Part shown: piece after piece, positions 17,050-22,947 of the stretch
How positions within the stretch are numbered: position 1 is the first letter of the stretch
Layout: each line of letters starts with the position of its first letter
From: Pirellulales bacterium
GTDB lineage: Bacteria; Planctomycetota; Planctomycetia; Pirellulales; JAICIG01
Assembly: GCA_036379555.1 (NCBI GenBank)
Contig: DASVGM010000002.1
Coordinates: forward strand, 1 to 38,676
Length of the DNA: 38,676 nt
Direction: 5' to 3'
Program-made: the position numbers and the translations under genes
Notes under the pieces: model-generated
The model's database searches: none
What the model was told of the DNA's origin: nothing
Seen by the model: only the letters and a program-made list of their open reading frames with translations

Positions 17050-17316
17050 CCCTAATGTCACGAGATGAAGCGACAACCTGACATTCAGCGAAGGTAGTGG
17101 AAGATGCCCTCGGCTTGCCCGAGGGAGTTTTCCCGTTGGCCGTCTACAAACGCGGCTTTCCCTACCCTCCGGATTTTGCCCCGCTTGGCCGCCGAAGGCA
17201 GCCAAGCGGGGCAAAATCGGGAAAAGGGGCGCGGGCAACGCCCGATTGTAGACAGCCAACGGGAATCTCCACCCGGCAAGCGGGTGGCATCAGAGCTTAA
17301 TCTCGTGACATTAGGG
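17050..17316. repeat. Long rod-like palindromic element (family R1) copy A, nested in a further 17-bp inverted repeat
   Basis: Core 17100-17291 begins gaagatgccctcggcttgcccgagggagttttc and ends ctccacccggcaagcgggtggcatc. Its internal stems are paired. The outer perfect 17-bp inverted repeat is ccctaatgtcacgagat (17050-17066) / atctcgtgacattaggg (17300-17316). Confidence 0.85.
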
Positions 17317-17418
17317 GCGAACCTGGCGGAAGCGGGAACTCGCCCGCGAATCAAAAGCTGCGATGGCAGCAAGTTGCTGAAGTCTCCAAAACCGTGGGGA
17401 TGTCGGAGATTCGCGTTA

Positions 17419-18675
17419 CTATCGAACCGGCCAAACCGTGCCGCGGGGCCGCCGCAAAAGATAACACCATAGCCCGATCGCGCTGAGCAACATCAACACG
17501 CTCGCGTTTTGCGAAATCGTCATGCCGGTGCCGAAAACGCTCGCTTCGTCCACACGCGTGCATTCCTGCAAAAATCGCGAGATCGGATGAATCGTAATCA
17601 TCATGGCGAACACTTCGCCATCGTGGCGGCGATAAGGATAGTAGGCCAATAGTAAGAGACACATCAACAAGCCGTCGATCGCCGCATAAAGTTGCGCCGG
17701 ATGGATCGGCAGCGTACGTTCAGGAACCCAATCAACCGTCCAACTCGCGGGCAGCGACTCAAACGAGGCATCCGTGACAAAAACGGTCACCTTGTCGCCC
17801 GGATGACGCGCCTGCGAAAGCGTGAAGGCGGCATCGTCGAGAGTTGGCGTGGCGTAGTCGAGGTCGTTAATTACAATTCGTTTCAACCGCTGTCCGGCAT
17901 GCAAGCCGGCACGAGCCGCCGCCGAATCAGGCAGCACCGATTGAATGACGGGGCGGTGCCGCTCGTCGGCCTTCAGCACCAGCCCAAAGAGCGGCAATTT
18001 TCCGTCTTCGACTTGCGCCAGATAGGCGGGACTGCCGGGCGGAAAGCGGACGGCCCAAGGCTCATCGCAAAGGCCGCCGAAGCAGCAGCCATTGAGAAAA
18101 CAGCCCACGCGACCGCACGCCAGACCCAGCATGACGCTGGGCGAAACGAGATCGGCCAAGGCCAACCCCGGCAAGCGGTATTTGCGCACGAACAGGAGCA
18201 GAGCCAAGCCCGCGCCGCCGGCGGAGCCGAAGACCACCAGCCCGCCCTTGGTGAAATTGACGATCTCTTTAATGGTGTCCAGCCACGTCGGCTGCCGGTA
18301 TTGGTGCCAATATTCAATGACATAAAACGCCCTCGCGCCGACAATGCCGCCGATGACCATCCAAAAGGCGAGCGCCTGAATCATATCGGGATTCAGACCC
18401 ATGCGGCGGGCGCGGTACATGGCCAAACCGACGCCCGACATCAGCCCCATGAGCAACATCACGCCATAGCCGCGAATCGGCAGTCCGCCGTTTTCGGCGA
18501 GCCTGGGCAGCAGCAACGCCACGATCGCGCCCACGATGGCCACGGTGGGCAGATAACCTCGCAACGCCGCCGGCCATCCCTGCTGCCGCGCGGCCCAAGC
18601 GATGGCGGCGGCCGACGCCACCGCCCAGAGCAGCAAGAGCCAGGTCAGCGGCAAGTGGAAGAGGGTTTGCAGCAT
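17419..18675 (-). CDS. lgt: Prolipoprotein diacylglyceryl transferase with inserted PDZ-like domain
   Basis: MLQTLFHLPL... from ATG 18673-18675. GLPIRGYGVMLLMG, GRVGCFLNGCCFG and IHPAQLYAA are Lgt-like. A ~90-aa insert (aa ~225-305) looks like PDZ: PVIQSVLPDSAAARAGLHAGQRLKRIVINDL...PGDKVTVFV. The track ORF to 18933 runs into a repeat. Confidence 0.9.
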   Translation of the reverse strand: MLQTLFHLPLTWLLLLWAVASAAAIAWAARQQGWPAALRGYLPTVAIVGAIVALLLPRLAENGGLPIRGYGVMLLMGLMSGVGLAMYRARRMGLNPDMIQALAFWMVIGGIVGARAFYVIEYWHQYRQPTWLDTIKEIVNFTKGGLVVFGSAGGAGLALLLFVRKYRLPGLALADLVSPSVMLGLACGRVGCFLNGCCFGGLCDEPWAVRFPPGSPAYLAQVEDGKLPLFGLVLKADERHRPVIQSVLPDSAAARAGLHAGQRLKRIVINDLDYATPTLDDAAFTLSQARHPGDKVTVFVTDASFESLPASWTVDWVPERTLPIHPAQLYAAIDGLLMCLLLLAYYPYRRHDGEVFAMMITIHPISRFLQECTRVDEASVFGTGMTISQNASVLMLLSAIGLWCYLLRRPRGTVWPVR

Positions 18676-18682
18676 TGGGGGA

Positions 18683-18732
18683 GGGTTCAGGGTTCGGGGT
18701 TCAGGGTTCAGATGAGGGATGAGGGATGAGGG
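18683..18732. repeat. Tandem heptamers (GGGTTCR)x4 followed by (ATGAGGG)x3, immediately upstream of the lgt start
   Basis: gggttca gggttcg gggttca gggttca g atgaggg atgaggg atgaggg, read directly. Confidence 0.85.
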
Positions 18733-18774
18733 ATGAACCGTAGCCGACTTCGTGCGAAGTCGAACCGTGACGTT

Positions 18775-18965
18775 GAAGATGCCCTCGGCTTGCCCGAGGG
18801 AGTTTTCACGTTGGCCGTCTACACCGGGCATTTGCCACCAATCCCTTCTCCGATTTTCCGCTGCTTGGCCGCCTTTGGCGGCCAAGCAGCGGAAAATCGG
18901 AGGATTGGGAAAGCCGGCGGTGTAGACGGCCAACGTGATTCTCCACCCGACAAGCGGGTGGCATC
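18775..18965. repeat. Long rod-like palindromic element (family R1) copy B
   Basis: Same ends and architecture as copy A, in the same orientation. Perfect 26-bp central hairpin ctccgattttccgctgcttggccgcc ttt ggcggccaagcagcggaaaatcggag. 16-bp stem acgttggccgtctaca / tgtagacggccaacgt. Confidence 0.85.
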
Positions 18966-19105
18966 AACGGTCCAACGCCGCCACGACGAAACGAAGAAAC
19001 AACTGTCAACCCTTCATGTTGCGATTTGAGACGGCGCCAATTCCACTACAAATTATCACGCGTTCTCCAAGGCCGGTGCGCAACGCGGGTTAGCGGGGCG
19101 AACCA

Positions 19106-19138
19106 CCCTCACCCCAGCCCTCTCCCGGAGGGTGAGGG
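19106..19138. repeat. Short REP-like hairpin ccctcacc...ggtgaggg
   Basis: ccctcaccccagccctctcccggagggtgaggg has an 8-bp outer stem. The sequence type recurs in many genomes (translates as SPLPEGEG). Single copy in this window. Confidence 0.5.
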
Positions 19139-19177
19139 AGCACGCGCAAGCGGATGCGTTCTTTCCATTCTCCACTT

Positions 19178-19233
19178 TCATCCCTTATCCCTCATCCTTC
19201 ATCTCTCATCTCTCATCCTTCATCTCTCATCCC
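19178..19233. repeat. Tandem heptamer array (TCATCYY)x8, inverse orientation to 18712-18732
   Basis: tcatccc ttatccc tcatcct tcatctc tcatctc tcatcct tcatctc tcatccc in perfect 7-nt phase. It overlaps the last 4 codons and the stop of panC (stop at 19220-19222). Confidence 0.85.
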
Positions 19234-20071
19234 CCAAAAACACATTGTCAATCAGCCGCGTTTTGCCAACCCGTGCGGCGACGGCGGCGACCGCCGGACG
19301 GTCGATCTGCGCTAGCTCCGCCAGCGTGTCGCGGTCGGCGAGCGCCATGTATTCAATGGCCACGTCGGGAGTTTCGGCAAAACTGGACCGCATCGCTTGT
19401 CGGACGGCATCGGCACTGGTTTGACCGCCTTTTACCAACTCCTGGGCACGCTTCAAAGAGCGATAAAGCACCGTGGCTTGCCGCCGCTCGTTGCCGGTGA
19501 GATAGGCGTTGCGACTGCTCATCGCCAGGCCGTCAGGCTCGCGAATCGTCGGACAAACGCGGATCTCAATGGGTAGATCAAGATCGGCCGTCATCCGCCG
19601 TACGACCAGCGTCTGCTGATAGTCTTTTTGCCCGAAATATGCGCGGTCGGGCGCGACCATATTGAAGAGCTTGAGCACAACCGTCGCCACACCTTGAAAA
19701 TGGCCGGGACGAGCGGCCCCCTCAAGCGGTTCGGCCACGCCGCCGACCGTAACGAACGTGGCATGTTCGGGCCGGTAGACTTCGCTTCGGTCGGGCACGA
19801 ACACCAGGTCGGCGCCGGCGGCGTCGAGAGCTTTCAGATCGGCCTCAAGCGTGCGCGGGTAGCGCTCAAAATCTTCGTGTGGCCCGAATTGAGTCGGGTT
19901 CACAAAGATGGTCGCCGTCACAAAGTCGCCGGCGGCGCGCGCGGCCTCGACGAGGCTCACGTGGCCGGCATGCAGCGCACCCATCGTGGGCGCCAGACCG
20001 ATCGTGCGCCCGGCTTGCCGCGCCCTCCTGATGGCGGTTCGCAGTTCGTGTTTTTCCTTAACTACTAGCAC
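19220..20071 (-). CDS. panC: Pantoate--beta-alanine ligase
   Basis: GLAPTMGALHAGHVSLV, ATIFVNPTQFGPHEDFERYPR, FGQKDYQQ and MSSRN. 283 aa, a typical length. Confidence 0.92.
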   Translation of the reverse strand: MLVVKEKHELRTAIRRARQAGRTIGLAPTMGALHAGHVSLVEAARAAGDFVTATIFVNPTQFGPHEDFERYPRTLEADLKALDAAGADLVFVPDRSEVYRPEHATFVTVGGVAEPLEGAARPGHFQGVATVVLKLFNMVAPDRAYFGQKDYQQTLVVRRMTADLDLPIEIRVCPTIREPDGLAMSSRNAYLTGNERRQATVLYRSLKRAQELVKGGQTSADAVRQAMRSSFAETPDVAIEYMALADRDTLAELAQIDRPAVAAVAARVGKTRLIDNVFLGDER

Positions 20072-21152
20072 GAGTTTCCATGATCGCTAACAATTCAGCC
20101 ACCGCGCCCGGCCAGTCGCCGCTCGACAGCCAGATCACCGGTGGGTTGCCATGCTGGCTGACCAATCGCCACAGCGCCTGGCGAAGCCGGTCAGGTGAGT
20201 CATCGCCGTTAATACTCTCGGACTGCGGACAACCGCTTGCTCCACCTAAATCGATCGCCGCGATGAAGCGGGGAGCAAGCGTTGTTTGTCCGGCGGCCGC
20301 TAACGCCGTCGCGACTTGCGAACACGACGCTTCGCCCGCCAGCGCCTCGGCCCAAGCCAACGATTGCGGCAGCCAAAAATCACTGATCGTCCAGTTTGAG
20401 CCTATCTCAAAACCAGTTTCGAGGCTGTAACATGCCTTCGTGGGGCGACCCGCCGGGCCGTCCGACGCCAAAGACGGCCCGGCGGGCCGCCCCACAGCCG
20501 GGTTGTCGCACGAATCCTTTGCCTCGACGGCCAACGCTTGTGTCCGCCGGGCGAGCAATTCTATCCCTTCCGCCGCCCGCAGGCCAGCGCAATCGAGAAG
20601 CAACCGGCAGCCCGTTTGGCTCGCGACCTGCTGAGCCAACTGCGTCTTTCCTGAGCCGGGCGGACCAACCAAAGCGAGATAGCGGGGCGTGTCGTTGAGA
20701 TGAACCAGCAATTGAGCCACGGTCTTGCCGGTGGCGGGGTGCGGCAAATCTCCGGCGATTTCCGCCGCCGGCTCAAGCACAAAGCGGCGATAGACCATGC
20801 GCGGGTGCGGCACGGTCAGGCGATCGGTGGCAATAATCTGATCATCGTAAACAAGCAGGTCGAGATCGAGCGTACGCGGCCCCCAACGAACATCGCGCCG
20901 CCGTCCGGCGAGCGTCTCGATCTGTTGAAGACGGTCGAGCAATTCGAGCGGCGGCAAGCTGGTTTCCACCAAGATCGCGCCGTTGAGAAACAGCCCTTGC
21001 CCGGCCGGCCCTCCCAGCGGCGCCGACGTGTGCCATCTGCTGCGCCGTAGCAATTGCGTCGCGGGCAATTCACCGATCGCCGCCACGGCCGCGTCGAGCG
21101 TCGCCGCGCGATCGCCCAGATTGGCGCCCAGTCCGATTAACGCGCGAGCCAT
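20058..21152 (-). CDS. folK: HPPK (2-amino-4-hydroxy-6-hydroxymethyldihydropteridine diphosphokinase) fused to a C-terminal P-loop kinase-like domain
   Basis: ATG 21150-21152 (MARALIGLGANLGD). RWGPRTLDLDLLVYDD and LTVPHPRMVYRRFVLEP are HPPK motifs. They are followed by ALVGPPGSGKTQLA (Walker A) and ~190 further aa. The gene overlaps the panC start by 14 nt. Confidence 0.85.
   Translation of the reverse strand: MARALIGLGANLGDRAATLDAAVAAIGELPATQLLRRSRWHTSAPLGGPAGQGLFLNGAILVETSLPPLELLDRLQQIETLAGRRRDVRWGPRTLDLDLLVYDDQIIATDRLTVPHPRMVYRRFVLEPAAEIAGDLPHPATGKTVAQLLVHLNDTPRYLALVGPPGSGKTQLAQQVASQTGCRLLLDCAGLRAAEGIELLARRTQALAVEAKDSCDNPAVGRPAGPSLASDGPAGRPTKACYSLETGFEIGSNWTISDFWLPQSLAWAEALAGEASCSQVATALAAAGQTTLAPRFIAAIDLGGASGCPQSESINGDDSPDRLRQALWRLVSQHGNPPVIWLSSGDWPGAVAELLAIMETRASS
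20442..20493. repeat. R6-type palindrome embedded in-frame in the folK fusion gene
   Basis: ggggcgacccgccgggccgtc cgacgccaaa gacggcccggcgggccgcccc pairs at 20 of 21 positions. It encodes GRPAGPSLASDGPAGRP in the minus-strand reading frame. Confidence 0.8.
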
Positions 21153-21160
21153 GTTGCGTC

Positions 21161-21679
21161 TCACTTCGTTGGGCGCAGCACGTCGCGCAGGCCCGACGCG
21201 ATCGGTCGCAGGCACGCCGTGGCGCCGGTTTCCACAAGCATCACGTACTGGAAATCGTCGGTGAAGACCAACGTGGCCGTCTGGTCGTCTTGACGAAATC
21301 GCAACATCGATCGCCAGCGTCTCGCGCCGGCCGCCGTGTCAGACCAATCAAAACTGTAATCGTGCAGCAGGCTGTTACGCAAATGAATGAAGCCCGGCCG
21401 CCGCGCGACATCTTGGCAACCGTGCTCGAAATAAGGCTCACCCGCGATTACCACTGAGTTTGAAGACGACTCGCCGGGCGATTGTTCAAGCTCGCAGAAG
21501 GCGACTTCGGGCGCGTACAAGATCAACCGGGCCGCGTTTCCGCCCCATAACGCCAACGGGCGGCGTTGCAAGCCGTGTTGATACCACCATCCGGCGCCCG
21601 CGCCCACCACGCCAATCGCCAGCACCGCCAGCAAGGCGTGTTTGCCTTCGATCATGCGCGGGGTCGTGTCGTTTGTCAT
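21161..21679 (-). CDS. Hypothetical membrane-anchored protein (single N-terminal TM)
   Basis: ATG 21677-21679 overlaps the upstream stop (ATGA). MTNDTTPRMIEGKHALLAVLAIGVVGAGAGWWY is followed by a ~130-aa soluble domain. The longer track ORF upstream of this ATG is Arg-rich and overlaps the CoA-transferase. Confidence 0.6.
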   Translation of the reverse strand: MTNDTTPRMIEGKHALLAVLAIGVVGAGAGWWYQHGLQRRPLALWGGNAARLILYAPEVAFCELEQSPGESSSNSVVIAGEPYFEHGCQDVARRPGFIHLRNSLLHDYSFDWSDTAAGARRWRSMLRFRQDDQTATLVFTDDFQYVMLVETGATACLRPIASGLRDVLRPTK

Positions 21680-22884
21680 GGGGCCGCCTCGATCGCTCCC
21701 GCGGAACGCAACTGCTCGATATGCTCGGCCGGATAGCCAAGCCATTCTTGCAAAACTTCGGCGGAATGCTGGCCCAAGTTCGGCGCGGCGACGGCTCGCC
21801 GCGGCGGTTCGTCGCGCCAATGCGCGGCCGAGCCAAGCAGGCGATACGACCGCCCTTGCGCATCGCCGGTTTCGAGCACCATCTGCCGCGCCGCCACTTG
21901 CGGCGAAGCCAACACTTCGTCCAAGGCCGATACCGGCGAGTGCGGCACCTCGGCCGCCGTCAGCAGCGCTTGCCACGCGCCGGTCGTGCGTGTCGCCAAG
22001 ATTTTTTGCAAAACGGGAATCAAGTCTTCGCGGTTTTCCACACGGGCAGGGTTGGTGGTGAACCTCGTATCCTGAGCCAAATCGTCGCGCTCGATCGCGC
22101 GGCAAAAACGCCGCCACTGTCGATCCGCGCCGATCGCCAAAACCAGATGCCCGTCGGCGGTGGCGAAGGCTTCGTAGGGCACGATTTGCGGGTGCGCGTT
22201 GCCCCACCGCCGCGGACGCTCGCCGGTGAGCAACGCGCCTTGGGCCACGTTCACCAAACTGGCCAGCGTACAGTCCGCCAAGGCCAGGTCAAAGTGCGGG
22301 CCGTCGCGGCCCTTTCCGACCGCGTAAAGCCCCGCCAGAACACTCGCCGCGGAATAAAGGCCGGTGATGACGTCCGTGATCGCCACGCCCACTTTCATCG
22401 GCGCGCCGGACGCTTCGCCGGTGATCGACATGATGCCCGCGCTGGCTTGCATCATCAGATCGTAGCCGGGCACCGTCGCCAGCGGCCCCGTGCGGCCATA
22501 GCCCGAAATGGAGCAGATCACCAGTTTCGCGTTCAGGCGGCGGAGTCGTTCGGGTTGCAGACCGAGATGTTCCAGGGAGTCGGGCAAAAAATTCTCCACC
22601 AGCACATCGGCCGCTCGGATCAGATCATCGAGCACGGCTCGTCCGGCCGGGTGCGCCAGATCGAGGGCCAATGAGCGTTTGCCGCGGTTGCAGGAAATAA
22701 AATAGCCGCTTGGCCCGCCGTGCGACACGAAGGGCGGTCCCCATTGGCGCGTATCGTCGCCGCCGCCGGGCCGCTCCACCTTGACCACATCGGCGCCTAG
22801 ATCGGCTAGAAGCTGCGTGCATACCGGCCCCGCCAGCACACGCGAAAGATCGAGCACTTTAAGGTCGGTGAGTGGGTATGTCAT
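21676..22884 (-). CDS. Family III CoA-transferase (CaiB/BaiF-like)
   Basis: MTYPLTDLKVLDLSRVLAGPVCTQLLADLGADVVKVERPGGGDDTRQWGPPF is the characteristic N-terminus. The length (~402 aa) is consistent. Confidence 0.88.
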   Translation of the reverse strand: MTYPLTDLKVLDLSRVLAGPVCTQLLADLGADVVKVERPGGGDDTRQWGPPFVSHGGPSGYFISCNRGKRSLALDLAHPAGRAVLDDLIRAADVLVENFLPDSLEHLGLQPERLRRLNAKLVICSISGYGRTGPLATVPGYDLMMQASAGIMSITGEASGAPMKVGVAITDVITGLYSAASVLAGLYAVGKGRDGPHFDLALADCTLASLVNVAQGALLTGERPRRWGNAHPQIVPYEAFATADGHLVLAIGADRQWRRFCRAIERDDLAQDTRFTTNPARVENREDLIPVLQKILATRTTGAWQALLTAAEVPHSPVSALDEVLASPQVAARQMVLETGDAQGRSYRLLGSAAHWRDEPPRRAVAAPNLGQHSAEVLQEWLGYPAEHIEQLRSAGAIEAAP

Positions 22885-22947
22885 GCACAAACAGGATTTC
22901 GCCGCGGGGCCGCCAGAGCGCAATATAACAGATCGGCCGCGTCGAAA

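Noticed and set aside
17419-18933. 504-aa version of lgt given by the track.
   Set aside because: The 86-codon N-terminal extension is encoded by the heptamer arrays and the R1 palindromic repeat (MAVYTAGFPNPPIFRCLAAKGGQAAENRR...). A conventional Lgt N-terminus starts at ATG 18675.
18683-19233. Tandem heptamer arrays considered as a CRISPR-like or phase-variable coding repeat.
   Set aside because: The units are 7 nt with no spacers, so this is not CRISPR. The arrays are almost entirely non-coding (only the last 4 panC codons), so classical ORF phase variation is unsupported.
21460-22674. Long plus-strand ORF (404 aa). Similar long ORFs occur at 12271..13362, 13578..14453, 17692..18729, 24442..25536, 25802..27139, 30652..31578, 8442..9464 and 7546..8286.
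   Set aside because: Each lies antisense to a gene with recognisable motifs (CoA-transferase, purM, methyltransferase, lgt, and others). Each has the Arg/Gly/Pro/Ala-rich composition typical of shadow ORFs in high-GC DNA.
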